Program-made: the position numbers and the translations under genes
Shown: one piece after another, positions 30,236-45,649 of the stretch
How the letters are laid out: each line of letters opens with the position of its first letter
Position numbering within the stretch: the first letter of the stretch is position 1
Origin: the human T2T-CHM13v2.0 reference genome, Homo sapiens
NCBI RefSeq assembly: GCF_009914755.1
Contig: NC_060931.1
DNA: 64,000 bases
Strand: one strand, 5' to 3'
The notes under the pieces: generated by a model
Seen by the model: only the letters and a program-made list of their open reading frames with translations
Told to the model about the DNA's origin: nothing
Database searches by the model: none

Positions 30236-30792
30236 AGACTGTCATGAAGAAATTGAAAATCCAAACAGACCAATACCAAGTAAGAAGATTGAATTGGTAA
30301 TCAAAAATTTTCCAGCAAAGAAAAGCACAGGACCAGAAGGCTTCACTGTTGAATTCTACCAAATGTTTAAAGAATTATTGATATTTATTCTCTAACTCTT
30401 CTAGAAAATTGAACAGGTTGTAACATTTCCAAATTTATTTTATAAGGGCAGCATTACCCTGATATCAAAACCAGACAAGGACACTAAAGAAAAACAAATT
30501 ACAGACCAATATCTCTGATGAACAGAGATGTAAAAATCTTAAGATTAAGTACCAGCAAACTGAATTTAAGAGTTCATTAAAAGGATCATGCACCATGATC
30601 AAATGGGATTTATTCCTGGGGTGTAAGAATAGTTCAACCTATGCAAATCAATCAATATGATACAACCTATAAACAGAATTAAAAATATAAATTGTATGAT
30701 CTTCTCAATGGATACAGATAAAGCATTTAACTAAATTCGATATTATTTTATGTTAAAATCTCTCAACAAATTAATTGTAGAAGGAATGTATT
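30236..30792 (+). mobile_element. Old L1M ORF2 fragment (region entering the RT domain), host of MER41
   Basis: Translates to ...[19 protein letters not shown]..., ...NYRPISLMN..., ...HHDQMGFIPG...; 'taccaag' left of the LTR joins 'agactg' to the right of it. Confidence 0.88.
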
Positions 30793-31155
30793 GCTCATCA
30801 TATTAATGAGTCAAAAAAGAAACAGCATGGCTTTAGTCAATAGCTACCTTAAAAAAGTTGATGGATTTTTCCAAAATTCCATCTTGAAATCATAAGAAGC
30901 TATGCTCTTTGAACCAATGTCTATTATTTCACATTTTATACAAATATATATATTTAAATCACAGATTAGAGGCATATTTCCCTTTTTGAAACCTAACAGT
31001 TCACACAAATTCAGTATTATTCATAGGTAATGCCACAGTGGATGAGTCCTTACTAACAATATAACTGAAGTTTGCTTTAGAAACCACAGATCTGGCTTGG
31101 ATTGAAAGTGATAGAATCAGCTTGGTGTGTTTCCTTAAGCTTGTCCCAATTCTTC

Positions 31156-31312
31156 ATTTATTTTTTGTTTTTTCTTTCTTTTTATTTCAATAGCTTCTGA
31201 AGTACAAGTGGTTTGTGGTTACATGGATGAATTGTATAGTGGCGAAATCTGAGATTTTAGTGAACCCATCACCCAAGTAGTGTACATTGTACTCAATACG
31301 TAGGGTTTTTTT
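31156..31312 (-). mobile_element. L1PB-type 3' end fragment
   Basis: T-rich tail then tttatttcaatagcttctgaagtacaagtggtttgtggttacatggatgaattgtatagtgg. Confidence 0.75.
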
Positions 31313-32313
31313 TTTCCAGCTTCTGCAGAATTCAGTATTTTACTAGTACTGTTAATGTTGACATAGAATTACCTCTAAATTCATTATTCAATTGGTTGAT
31401 CTTGGCTAAGTCCTTCAAACACCTTTATTTTATTTATAGGGAATTTGGGTTAGGAGGAGGTTAAATAATTTGCCAAAGGTCATGGTAGGGAAAGAGAGGG
31501 AGAAGAGAATGTTTAAAGGCAGAAAAATGACAAATACTAGGTTTCCTGAATCCTCAGTTGGAGTTCATTCCATTTCACAATGCTGTTAACTAACAGGTGA
31601 GACATTTGTAGGTCACGGATACTCAACTAACTACCTGAGGGTGAAAAAATTTGCATACGCAATTTTTTTATGTTGGGTTTCTATAGGACTGAACTACTGG
31701 GTTTTCTATATTGTTAAACTTTTAATATGTATGCAATAAAAACTCACATGTGATATAAAAATATAGTTTAATTTACTAATAGTATGTATTTCTTTCCTAT
31801 TTATGACAAAAAATAAAAAAGTCTTCATCATAGAAAGGAAACAATTCCACTGCTTATAAGCTGTATGACCTAAATCTTGTGTGGTTACCACGAAAACACG
31901 CAGATCATATATCCAGCTGTAAGATGCATAATTAACCAAAGGTTCCATTCCCTTCCCCTTTGGATACCCCACCATAGTCATGCCACAACTACATATCCCC
32001 ACTGTGACTTTCAGTCAATTGCCTAGCATGTCAGGTACTAAATAAGGCAGGCCCACTACAGCGAGATGTGGAAATCCTCCATTGGAGACTTAATCTCATG
32101 ATATGCACATCGTGGATGTACTAATAAACTAGCTTAATACAATTATTCTTATTTCTCTCTCTCCCTATGACTCACAGGAGTCACATCATTATCAAGATTT
32201 GAAGGATCTCTCAAACCTTGCTCATTACATTTTTTGATGTATAATTTCCTTTTGCATCTCTTTTTGGAGGCATGAAGTAACATACAGTTGATCTTACTGT
32301 AGTCTGGTCTTGG

Positions 32314-32807
32314 TTTTTTTTTAATGCTTTAAGTTCTAGGGTACATGTGCACAACGTGCAGGTTTGTTACATATGTATACATGTGCCATGTTGGTGTGAT
32401 GCACCCATTAACTCGTCATTTACATTAGGTATATCTCCTAATGCTATCCCTCCCCACTCCCCCACCCCATGACAGGCCCCGGTGTGTGATGCTCCCCATC
32501 TTGTGTCCAAGTGTTTTCATTGTTCAATTCCCACCTATGAGTGAGAACATGCGGTGTTTGGTTTTCTGTCCTTGCAATAGTTTGCTCAGAATGGTGGTTT
32601 CCAGCTTCATCCATGTCCCTACAAAGGACATGAACTCATCCTTTTTTATGGCTGCATAGTATTCCATGGTGTATATGTGCCACATTTTCTTAATCCAGTC
32701 TATCATTGATGGACATTTGGGTTGGTTCCAAGTCTTTGCTATTGTGAATAGTGCCGCCATAAACATACATGTGCATGTGTCTTTATAGCAGCATGATTTA
32801 TAATCCT
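32314..32807 (-). mobile_element. 5'-truncated L1PA5-like element (~490 bp)
   Basis: L1 3'UTR plus ORF2 C-terminus (...TWNQPKCPSMIDWIKKMWHIYTMEYYAAIKK...HRMFSLIGGN); TSD ctggtcttgg(t/a)ttttt at 32304-32319 and 32806-32821. Confidence 0.94.
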
Positions 32808-32887
32808 GGTCTTGGATTTTTATATTCATAAAATGTAGAAAAAAATATTCATTTTGCTGATTGAGTAGGATTTCAGTTTAAATTCTT

Positions 32888-33196
32888 TTTTTTTTTTTTT
32901 TTTTTTTTTGAGACTGAGTCTCTCACTGTCGCTCAGGCTAGAGTACAATGACGCGATCTTGGCTCATTGCATCCTGCATCCTCTGCCTCCCTGTTCAAGC
33001 TATTCTCCTGCCCCAGCTTTCTGAGTAGCTGGCATTATAGGCGCCTGCCACCATGCCTGGCTAATTTTTTGTATTTTCAGTAAAGACGGGATTTCACTAT
33101 GTTGGCCAGGATGGTCTCAAACTCCTGACCTCATGATCCGCCCACCTCGGCTTCCCAAACTATTGGGATTACAGGCATGAGCCACCATGCCTGGCC
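32888..33196 (-). mobile_element. AluS (AluSg-like)
   Basis: Poly-T, both monomers, 'ctgacctcatgatcc'; TSD cagtttaaattctt at 32874-32887 and 33199-33212; internal 7-bp duplication tgcatcc. Confidence 0.93.
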
Positions 33197-35114
33197 CCCA
33201 GTTTAAATTCTTAAAGAAGGCACAGTGCTATTCAAATACACTGTGCATATTTTTGTCTAATCTAAGACACATCATTTATTTTTTCCTATACAATGAAAAA
33301 CAGAAACTATCAATAAACTGTGAAATCCCAGAAATAATAAAATGCATCACAATTCCAGAGACTTATGTTATTTTTTAACTTTAATGTGTTTTAGAATTAG
33401 TAAATTCATCATTATTGTTTTTGTTATGCACAGATATTTTCTCAATACAGATACTGTATAGTATATTTTTCATTTTTCATAGCTACTTTTTTGCTGAATT
33501 GTATTTTTTTTTTTGTCTGGAAGAATACATGTTAGTAAAAATCTCTTGCTTCCTTAGTTCTAAACATTTGCTTAAACATCTGGTTGTACATAAGAAGAAA
33601 CATAACAGTTTAATTATACATACTATACATTTAATTTAGTGCAAGTGCCCTTGAGAAAAAATAGGAAAGTTCTGAAAGCATAACTGATCATTGGATTTTA
33701 TGAAGTGCTTTTAAAATTTTCAGAGTAACTTTTTCTAATTTATTAACTGATTTCTATCAGAATCCTGGGGTAAATGAGTTTTTATCATCTTTTTGCAGAT
33801 GGGAAAATTGAAAACTTAAGTAACTTCGTAAGTTTGAACAGAAAAGCAACGAAGGACAGGTATATATGGTCCAAGATTTTGACCACTCGACAGGACTTGT
33901 TTAAGTTTTTCTTATGAATGTCTTTTATTAGCTTTCTGAAAACTCATTTTTTAAAGGTAATTACTTACATAAAACTATACTGAGACCATTTTGAAAATCT
34001 TACTAGTAACATGGTCTTGTTTTTCAGTTTTAAAAAGTTGAGACAATTAAAAATATTAGTTTAGGGTAAGTTTTCTGAACTTTGAGTTTCTTGGCTTTTA
34101 TTCATTTGTAAAATGCCACACTGATTATTTAAACTTGGTGATTATATTTTTGACAGCAGTGCTATGGGAACACTGTTAGGAAAAACCTTTAATAACAATG
34201 AGATCCGAACACCACTTTGACAATTAAAGCCTTCTAAATAGTGAAATGGCCACCAGGAAGCATCTACTCAGCTGGCATATAGCAGACTAAAGTACATCAT
34301 TTGCAGGGCATCATATGTGTGAGTCAGGGAAATGCCATTTCATCAGGCCAATTCCTCTTTTTTTCAGTAAGTTTTCATTTTTTTTTTCCTTCTGTCAATC
34401 ATCTCAAATACTGCAATGCAAAATTTTCAATAAAACTTTTGGACAATTTTATAAGTGTTTTCCTCTTTTTTCTCAGTTTCATATTCTTCCTCTCATTACT
34501 TGTTTTTCAGAAAATAATTATCTGTTCTTTCCTAGTCCATTTTTAGATATGTGTGGAAATAGTTCTGCAGTAAGTAATAGTTCTGTAGTAAATTAATTGC
34601 TGTGATTGGACAGCAGTCAAACGGCATGGTTGTGTCTTCTTCAAGACCCTTTGGAAGTCTCAAATCTTCTTATGACATACACATGCTTCATCTTGATGAA
34701 TTGTAATCAATATTTTTTTCTGTTTAGGTTATTAGCAAATAATATTTTCTAATTGTTGGCCAAGTTCCAAATTTACTGCCCCCAATATAACATTTATTTT
34801 TTAACAAGAGAAAAATAAATATATTGAATGCATACCATGTTCTTGATGTGTGAGGATTCTTTATTTCTAGCCTTTATTCCTTGAGTTATTATGCTGATAT
34901 TTCTGTTTATGGGCTATTAGCAAGCTCATTACATCATACACTCATTATTTTGTTTCTAGTTTTGTTTTCTCCTATCTAACTTCTCAGTTAGTGTTTCCTT
35001 TATATGCACAGATGCCAGAAATTAGAAAATAACTTCTGATTTTCCTTTTATCCTAACTCTCCTTTTTCTACTCAATTACCTAAGAACTTCAAATTTTGCC
35101 TTATTAGCAGTGAT

Positions 35115-36137
35115 TAGATTAAAACCTCTTTCTCCTTCCCATGTCTCTGCTTTTGTTCAGGTCTTATTTTCTACTTGAATAAATGTAACAGATTTTTAAC
35201 TTATTTGTCTGCTAAACCACTTTAATAATATTCTCCATTTTGGTACCAGATTAACCTTTTTGAAAAAACACAAACCTAGTTATGGTCCTCAACCCCTTTA
35301 AAAATCCTTCAGGGCCTCCTTATTTTTGACCTTGTGATTTTTAGTGTTTTTTTTTTTTATGATGTATGAGGATCTTGCTCATTTTTACGGCCCTGCCTGT
35401 TGATACATGACTATCAAATTTTATACTTTGGCAATATTCAATACTGGAGATTGTTGCAGAACTACATGCCTTCATATATATGTTTACTATTTTTGATGAC
35501 TGTACTATGTGGTTCGATAGTCTATGATTCACTTGTTAAAATTTAAATTTTTTATATATCCAGAAATAAGCTGTAATACTTAAGTTTAACATCTAAACTA
35601 TTTCTGACATAGCCAAGGTAGTAAATGGTAGCTGCTACTACAGAAACACCAAAACCTCAGGGGCTTAACAAGACAACGTTGAATTTATATTCTCGCCAAA
35701 ACCTCTCCTTCAAGCCAGCTCAGAGTTCCAGGCTACCTCTGTACTGTGGCTCTCCAGCCTCCATAAGACTATTACCAAAGGAAAAAAAGGAGAGAGGGGG
35801 AATCTGTCTTGTGATACATAATCAAAAGGCAGACATAGTAATATAGTCTCAAACCAACTGCAAGAAATACAATAAATTAGCACATAGAATATTGTCTGCC
35901 ATTTTTGCTGACTTGCCTCAACAATTTAATCATAACGCCATCTGTATTTCTTTGCCTGGTTTGCCTTTGTATAATTATGCATGTGTTATATTGTGTTGCA
36001 ATTGTATGCTTACATTTCTCTCTCTTCTCCTACTTAGAATGTAAACTTTTTGATAATAGAGGAAGTTTGTATTTATCGTGCCTCTAAAGAATCACATAAT
36101 GGCATATAGTAGGTGATTATGTCTACAGATTGAACTC
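35115..36137 (+). mobile_element. L2 LINE 3' remnants (about 35115-35325 and 35960-36137), with a probable MLT1-type fragment between (about 35610-35900)
   Basis: L2-like 'tattctccattttggtaccagattaaccttttt' and 3' end 'ttagaatgtaaactttttgataatagagg...tggcatatagtaggtg'; MLT-like 'aaacctcaggggcttaacaagacaa'. Confidence 0.5.
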
Positions 36138-39100
36138 ATACATGTGGATTTGATGTTTCAGTATGATCATGACCAAATGTACTGAGGCAGTTCTATGTAT
36201 CGACTATATAGAAAACAGCTTGTAGACTTTGAGGATAAAGAGTAGGAAGAAAGAAATTAGAGAGGCTTTTGAATTCTCATATATAAAATTAGATGTGAAA
36301 TTTTGGTCTATGTCAGTGTGCCTTGTTGTGTGTTTATTATTTAAAACTCGAGTCAACATAGAAACATAACTTATCAGAATAACTTGTGCCACAATTTGTC
36401 AGAAATGCCACCATACAATGCCATCATGCACCCTAACATCAACAAACATCGTAGTAAGTCCCTAATGGAAGCAGGAAATTAAATCTGTTTACCCACAGAG
36501 TTCCCCACATTTTTATTGCATTTTTGATGTTCTATGTGCATCTCTACTACAATTGTAATTTTGGTCTGTTTGCCATGTATGATGTTGTCTTTTATGTCAG
36601 GGAAACCCCTTGGTTATTATAAGCATAGATATCTGGAAATCACACACAAAAAAGATCTTCACTTGGAATACTGACCTTTCTCAGGGCTTGTGGAACTAGA
36701 CAGTGGTTGGCTTGATGACCTTCCTTCTATGGGACTAGCGGGCAGCAGCTTTTTATCTCCTGAGTATACCACATATGATAATAAATTTTTCCCTTTGTAG
36801 AGTGAAGAGCTTTTTGCTTCAGCTTCTATTAATGTCACTATAGAGACAAATCACTGGTTACTTCTTCCGCTATACTGGAAATGAAGTGGATTCTTTTATC
36901 AATAATTCTTTTGGGGAAATTGCTTTTGACATACACATTTTAAGTTGCATATGTTTTATTCATAAACACATACATCCAACATTCAAAGAGTGACAGAGTT
37001 CATGTTCTAAGATGACAGAAACTCTCTGATGTTTGTGAGCAGTGTGATGATTAATCTGCCAGAGGTATGTGGTACTGAGGAGAAACTGCCGGTAGCAGAC
37101 CAATATGAGGCTCCTACTATGGTTTGAGATAAGTCACACAGACTGAAACTAGGCTGCTAGCAGTATAAGTATTTAACTGAATCTTGTAAATCACTGAGGG
37201 ACAAGAGCTTGAAGGAGAAGATTTGAGAGAGAATAACTATTCCAGTTCTCCAGGTAAAGGCATAAGGGAACCAGTAGGAATTTCTCCAACAGCTTTAGGT
37301 TTAAATATTGTCATAGGAAAACTGGCTCCAATAACAACTAGCTAGATGAGCAGAAAATTAGTAACTCTCTTTCTCTCTTCATGGAACTGGCCAAAAAATA
37401 AAAACCTTTGTAGTCAAATACCTTCAGAGGTTGAAGTGGAATCTCCTACTGCTCAATTTACCCCTATATCCTTAGTCATTGTTCTCAAAACATGCAGGCC
37501 ATGTTAGAGCGACTATTTTGGATTTGGGGTACAGGTATCCAATGTCAACCACTTTGTTTCAGAATGAGCCTTCCTATTGACAAGTTAAATCCTAATTCCA
37601 GACTTTTTATTCTATCTCAGTAAGTTTCCCTTTCTCTGGGTGAGGGTGTCCCTTGACATCCTTTCTTACAAGCATATATCAGTTGGGAACATATGGACCA
37701 TTACAGAGTTTTGCTGTTTATGAAAATAAAAAGGAAGAAGGATAAAGCCTTGATATTCTCTCCTTCAAATATATTTGATCATTCAAATATTTAACCTACA
37801 ACCCAAGAGCATTTGTGTTTGCCTAATATTGGGTATTGGAAAAGTCTTAATTACCTAAATATTCTCTTACATCTTTCTTATGTGATAATAAGTGCCAGTT
37901 TAATTTATATCTGTATAACTAAGAGGGGTGATTCTAGTAATTCTTTCAAAATAATGACCAGTTAAAGTGACTTCCTCTTTCAATATAGATTGCTAAAAGA
38001 ACAGTATCAGAAAAGAAAATAGAAACCTTTCCAGTTATTTCAAGTTAGAAAAGACTGACTGCCGGGAATTATTTTCTGTCTTACTCTGTTGCAGAATGAT
38101 TGGAGCTGATAGATCAAGGGATTGCTATTGCAATTGTCGTTTCAGAGCTCAGGAAGCTTCAGTTGCTAAAACCTATGTTAGTACATCTTTCTCTTAACAG
38201 CAGGTTACTAGTCACTGCAATGCTGTGTCCACCAATGTAACTGTTAATAAACATGCACATCTCCAGGATACTGTTCAAAACAGAAACACTTCTCTGTCTT
38301 CTAAATCTCAACTGAGTTTGGCAATTGCTAGTACCGAAGTCACATCTAGAAATTGAGTTCTAAGGAACTTGGAAAAGTAGATTTTAAGTTTTCTAGTCTC
38401 TCTAATTTCAAGAAAGTGTGGGAAAGCAATTTTTACAAAGTTTTTCAGCCAGTATAGGGAAAAAAAATACTATGCGGAATACCAGCTTAGCCTATCCGGC
38501 ATAGGCAGATAAACCCTGCAAAAATGAAAAAGATCAAAGTAAGAATGATGAGAAGTGTAAAGGATTATTTTAAATTGAAGAAAGCACATCATATCTAAAG
38601 AGGAACCCAGATTTTTAAAATACTAAAAACTTATATATTTATGTAAAATGTTCCATTTAAAAATATATACTCAATTACTTAATAATATTTAAGAAATAAA
38701 TCATTAAGTCTGGCTCAAGGGCTTTTATTTTTCTGCCTATGACTATATATATTTATAATAAGTTATCAGCAACAGATAGAAAAAACTATTAATTATTTTC
38801 ATAATTAAGAAATTATATTTGAGGTATACTTAATGCTAATGTGGCTCTAAATGAAAATATATACCTTTGTCATCTTAATCTAATTAACAATGTATGATTT
38901 TCTATAAAATTATTGTGCTATTTCAGGTAATCATTTTGTCATATAGTTTAAACAAAAATTTACTAAACCTTTCTTTTTCTGATTTTAAAATCAAATTTAC
39001 AAATATATATTATATTAATTAGTTATATTTATTCTAAAGAGTAATATCTGAAAACTGAGAAAAACTCAGAAAGAAGATACCACAGAAATACCCTGAAACT

Positions 39101-39863
39101 ATGCTCTAGACTATTGCAAAATGTTTGACCTAATTAAATAAAGTGTGTAACAAGATGATCTTTCTACTCCAATTCTGATGTCTAACCTGCCTTTGGAGAT
39201 TGTCAGCTGCTGGCATGGAACATGGAAGATGTTTCACAGATTTTTAGCAAAAACATGACTTGTGTTGTAAATGTAATGAGAACCAGTGACCTAACAGCCT
39301 GTGTTTTAAAAGCGTATCACATTACAGAACTTCTGAGCCATTCCACTCCTCCAAGGATTTTATTAATTGGGTCTATATGTTTCCAACTGTGCTTTAAAAA
39401 TACATTTTTAAATAATGACAAATGTGATATAAATCAATTTTTCTGGAGCAGAAACTATTTTTAGTCTTGTTGGAACACCTGCAAGTTTTAGGTCTTAGAT
39501 CTTGAGCCAAACACAGTATTTTTGGCAATCATCTCTATGCTCATCACACCTACAAAGATTTGAATCAGATAGCAGATATTAGACTTGTTACCAGAAAATT
39601 TATGCTGACTACTTTTTCTGTCTATCACATTGAATCTACTCTTTGTAGCACTTAGGACAATAAAAGATAAGTAAACTCTTAAAAAACAAAAAAGTTACTG
39701 TAACACAATATCAATGATTATAGGTTTATTAAATAGTTTAAAAGAACTTGAAACATAGGCACATCAATTAGTCTATCTATTTATACACATAATTATCACT
39801 TACCAAATATCTTTGTTATGGGCAAAATCTGGGTCTCTCTGTGGACAAGGCCTTTCATATGGC

Positions 39864-39993
39864 TTAGTAACCATACAATTCAATGATCAAATTGGGACAG
39901 TTTTGAGAATGAAATGGGACTATATTCCTAACTTACCAAAGTGGCAGACCTGGTCTAGATCTGTTCCAAGCAAAGTTGGACATAAGTCTCCCA
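39864..39993 (+). mobile_element. MER94-like hAT-Blackjack MITE
   Basis: gtaaccatacaattcaatgatcaaattgggacagttttgagaatgaaatgggactat...ctgttccaagcaaagttggacataagtctccc, ~130 bp. Confidence 0.65.
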
Positions 39994-40525
39994 CATATTG
40001 TGTATATTAGGGTAATGAAAGGTTCATCCTTCCTTCCAAGCAGAACTCACACAAGTCCTATTTGTACCTGACATTACAGAATTGCCTTTGTATATCCTTT
40101 CCTTGAATAGGGCTTTCAACTGCCAAAAAATAAATTCCAGTGGGAAAGTTGACATAAGTGTTTTTGTTTGTTAGCTGAAATGTAAATGAGGTCATCAGCT
40201 GTTATCCTGAGAGCATTTCTTGAGAGACTACCTAAAGTTTGAGTAAGCAAGAGAGGTGAAATGTACAGAAAGTAAAGGCTGGGGAACTGAAAACAAACTT
40301 TATGACTTCAATATAGTGCGATTTACTGTATCTGAGAACTGTGAAAACCAAAATGCAAATGTAAAACATAAGTCACATGAAGAACCAGAAAATAAAATGC
40401 GATGGATTGAGTCAAGTGTATTACCACTTCCAGAAAAACAAATGAAAGTTCATATACTTCTGTTGGTGTGTTAAAAGGGTTGACTTTATATATGTAAGAT
40501 GGCATCATGATGCTAGCTATTGATT

Positions 40526-40818
40526 TTTTTTTTTTTAAGATGGTGTTTTGCTCTTTTGCCCAGGCGGGAGTGAAGTGGTGCAATCTCGGCTCACTGCAAC
40601 CTCTGCCCCCAGGTTCATGCGATTCTCCTGCCTCAGCCTCCCAAGTAGCTGGGATTACAGGTGCCTGCCACCTGTACCCGGCTAATTTTTGTACTTTTAG
40701 TAGAGATGGGGTTTTGCCACGTTGGCCAGGCTGTTTTCGAACCTCTGACCTCAGGTGATCCACCCGCCTCGGCCTCCCAAAGTGCTAGGATTACAGGCCT
40801 GAGCCACCGAGCCCGGCC
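40526..40818 (-). mobile_element. AluS (AluSq/Sp-like)
   Basis: 'gttttgctcttttgcccagg' and 'gacctcaggtgatccacc'; short TSD ttgatt at 40520-40525 and 40819-40824. Confidence 0.92.
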
Positions 40819-41964
40819 TTGATTGTGTATTTATGTTAGGTTCCATTACTTATTGAAAATTGGCCAGTATTATCATGAGTTAAATTTTCATTTGAGAGCA
40901 AAATAAAATATTCTGTTTTGAGCAGGTTGAATGAAGTTAAAAGCTTAGAGATATTACAGCACTTAACACTAACATAAAACTGAGTACTTTTGTGAGAAAC
41001 AAGGTCAAGTTTTCAGACTGCTTGAAGAAGCCAAATGGTAATGTGGTCCATCTGGATTTCTCGAAACTCAAGTGGAAACTCTTAGGCATTTTACTGATAA
41101 AAAATGGACTGTAGGATGTTAGCTAAAATATAGTTAAACATTCATAAAGCCTTTCCAACGAAGCATTTACAGTATCAAAACATACACTGACATTCACAGT
41201 ATTTCATCTGTTCACAGAACCTCCTATTAATAGGTTTCCAAATAATTTGCTACAAAAGAAGATTCTATATTGATTTATAATTATTCTCTAAAGTATACTA
41301 TGTTTGTGAATATTAACATAGGACTCTTATCAAATACAATGATCAAATTAGTTTTCATAATCCTATTAAATATAGTAAATGCAATTGAATATAATTGAGG
41401 AGCAAATTAGAGTAAATTTTCCCACTTGAAATATGATAGATGTCATTTTAGACAGGCCTAACCAAACTCCAGGTGTGAGTTTTTGTTTCTTAAAAAAAGC
41501 AAGCATTTCTACAAATTTAACTATAAGAGTATATAGAAGTATATTGTGATAGAGATTGTTACCTATATACTGTCAATTTCAATTGAAATGTTTAAAATAT
41601 TATGATTATTCTTGGGTTTCTTGCTAATTCAAAACCATTTGTGTCTGGAATAGATAAACCAAATTGCATACCATTACTTTAATAACATTTATTATAATTA
41701 AGAAAAAACATATATATTTACATCTGTTTATCTATCTGAAACCTTACCTGTTATTCATAAATAAAAATATAATTTTACTTAATATAAAATTATTTTATAT
41801 AATATAATAAATATTACAAAATATATATAAATTTATTTTTTTAAGATTAGTCACATAAATTTTTTTCAATATTATCTGTATAATCGTATGGAATATATGT
41901 CTACAAATTTTCATTTTTATTGCCTCACACTGAAAATTAAGATAATATAATGAATTTGTGAAGT

Positions 41965-42210
41965 ATTTCCTGAATCCCTAAGTATTCTCCTTTTTCTTAG
42001 CCAAGTAGAGTTGGTTTTCTCTTTGTCATGTGCCCATTTGCCCTCTGCTCATATTTATACACACAAAGGTCATACTGGTTTACAGTGTATTTTTAACCTA
42101 ATTAGACTATTAACTCATTGAGAATAGAAGCTATCTTTCTTTCAGAAGGATTTTTCCCTCCTGACTACTCCTTAGCACAGTTTAGCACAAGATTGATACT
42201 CAATAAATCT
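41965..42210 (+). mobile_element. L2 3' end
   Basis: attagactattaactcattgagaatagaagctatctttc...cttagcacagtttagcacaagattgatactcaataaat. Confidence 0.6.
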
Positions 42211-42525
42211 TTTTTTACTTTAAACTTTTTATTTTGAATACTTTAAAATTTACTAAATGTTTGCAAAGATAGTTGAAGGAAAGTACACTTTCCATTCGGC
42301 TTTCCCTAATGCTAGCAGAATGAGTACCATGGTGCTTTAGTCAAAAGTAAGACTCTGCTAACTAAACTGAAGACCTTATTTGATTTTTATCAGTTTATGC
42401 ACTAATGTCATTTTTTCTGTTGTATGATCCAGTCCAGCATACCATACTGCATTTAGTCATCATCTCTCCTTAGTTTCCCCAGATAGTAACCGTTTCTCAG
42501 TCTTTCCTTGTTTCTCATGACCTTA
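42211..42525 (-). mobile_element. L1MB/L1MC-type 3' end fragment
   Basis: aaactttttattttgaatactttaaaatttac...cactaatgtcattttttctgttgtatgatccagtccagcataccatactgcatttagtcatc. Confidence 0.65.
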
Positions 42526-42849
42526 AATGAAAGAGAATTTTGCTTAAACAAATAAATGTCTTGCATTGAAAATCAACCAATCTAGCTTACACATTAAGTG
42601 TTTTGTATATAGTTATGTGATATATAATAAATGCTCATTCTATTATGTTATTATTATAAAATATCTTGTAGATATTATGTAATATAGCTTAAATATTTAT
42701 ATAAAGGCAAATGTAGTAAGAAAAGTTAAACTTTTTATTCTAATTGTAAATTTTAAATATACAAAATATTTCTAAAGATAAATGATTATGGACTTCTTCA
42801 GGGAATAGGAATTAAAAACCAATAAGCCATGTAATGGTAGTGAGACTAA

Positions 42850-43050
42850 GATAGAATGGATTAGGGTTAAGAGCATCTACTTCAGATTCAGAAAGACTTG
42901 GATTTTGTTATCAACTTAGTCATTAACCAGCTGTGGACTTAGATGGGTTATTTCATCTTTCTAAAACTTAATTTTGTCTTATTTAAATAAAGGTAGTAAT
43001 GTTACCTACCTCATAGATTTATTTTAAAGATTAAATGGTATAATAAATGT
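42850..43050 (+). mobile_element. MIR SINE
   Basis: ggttaagagcatctacttcagattcagaaagacttggattt...accagctgtggacttagatggg...acctacctcatagatttattttaaagattaaatg. Confidence 0.7.
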
Positions 43051-43317
43051 ATCTTTGTAAATTAAAAGTAGCTTTTAATATATGTAATTAATAGGCGAAA
43101 GAAAGCAGGAAAAGGATATAAAAAGAAATAATAATTTAACCATGTTAAAAAAAACTTATTAAAACTGACCAAATTAGAAGAGATCATACAGTTGCTAAGG
43201 AGAAAACCCAGACAATTGATTTGTTATCTGTTGACATTTAATATCAGAAAACTGTATAATTATAGTCTTCTTTCATAATGTTTTAGTGTTTCCTTGTAAA
43301 TTAATTTATCTTAATAG

Positions 43318-43665
<348 letters not shown>

Positions 43666-45017
43666 CCAACATGTTTTAACAGTTTCCTGTGACACCAATG
43701 AACTCAAGAAGAAGAACAAGAATTAACTATTGGCTCAATCTCCAGGCACAATCTTCAGCAAATTTATTCATCGTATAAGAGTCATATGTTTTATGTGCCA
43801 CAAATAAAAAGTATACTATGCTAAAAATATTTTGCATAGGAAATTTATCAGAAAATAGAAAAAAAAATATTTTTGTAAATCTGTTATTTCCCACACTAGC
43901 AATTTAGACGGGTTTCACATCCATTGCTTCTGGCTATTTCAGTTTGCTGCAGAAAGAAGAGTCCCAGCTTCATGTATCAGTTTTCTGTTGGAGTTTTACT
44001 CCCAAATTCAAACAGAATCCCAATAAATGTAATTGATAAGAAAGGCATAAATTGATGATGGAGAAGAAACAGACTGAAAATAGTAATATCCTAACATTTG
44101 TATGTTGTTTATATATTTCAAAGCTTTTAAAACATTTTCTCACTTTATGTGTATCTGATCTGTTAAACTAATCAGGAGAATAACATTGGATTATATATGT
44201 AATAGGAAAACTGAGTACAGGCATATTAACTTATTATTTCTGTTACCCAGGGATTTCCTGACAAAGCTGGTACTAAAACTTGGTTTTATTTAATCATAAT
44301 TCTGTTTTCTTCCTTAGACCATACAAGAAAATGTTTTTGTTGAAGTCAATCATCTGGAATGGTATCTTTTCCCACTACTTGAACACACACAGAGGTCTAA
44401 CCAAAGGCCTTTTTTGACTCCATAGACAAAACTGATTCTCAGGAACATCAAAGATATATGGATCAGAGAGAGTGAAAGACTCTACAAACAGCAACATTAC
44501 CAATAGAATAGGAAATGTATGCATATCTTGTTTAACATCTTATGCAAAAAAAAAAACCTATTTGTGTAATTAATTGTACAAACTTTTCTTCTAAAATCAA
44601 GTAAGCAAGCAGAAGTGCTTCTTAATTTTTTTTTTAAAGTTCACAAATACCTGGAACATTACTAAATGTCAGAGCTGCTAGCTCTTATCTCTCTTATAAG
44701 AAGATGTCAATCCACTTAGAAATATAAGACTAACATATATGCATAACTGTAGTCGAATATTAAAAACTAACATATTTGACAAAATAGTATATTAATATGG
44801 CTATATTATACTCCCCACTGAATGATGTAAGAGATCAGAGGGAGGGAAAATCAATGAGAAGATGAGCAATCAGGGGAGGTTTCCTGTTAAAAATTTGAAG
44901 GAGGCTTAGCCAAGGAGAGGGTGGAAGGTATTCAATACTAAGGAAATATAAAGAAGTACAATGATATGAATGAAAATTTGGAAATACCAGTGTCTGGAGA
45001 TAAATTAAAAGAATCTT

Positions 45018-45639
<622 letters not shown>

Positions 45640-45649
45640 AAAGAAACTT

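Noticed and set aside
34247-34265. CTCF site tggccaccaggaagcatc
   Set aside because: Two core G positions are A; weak match.
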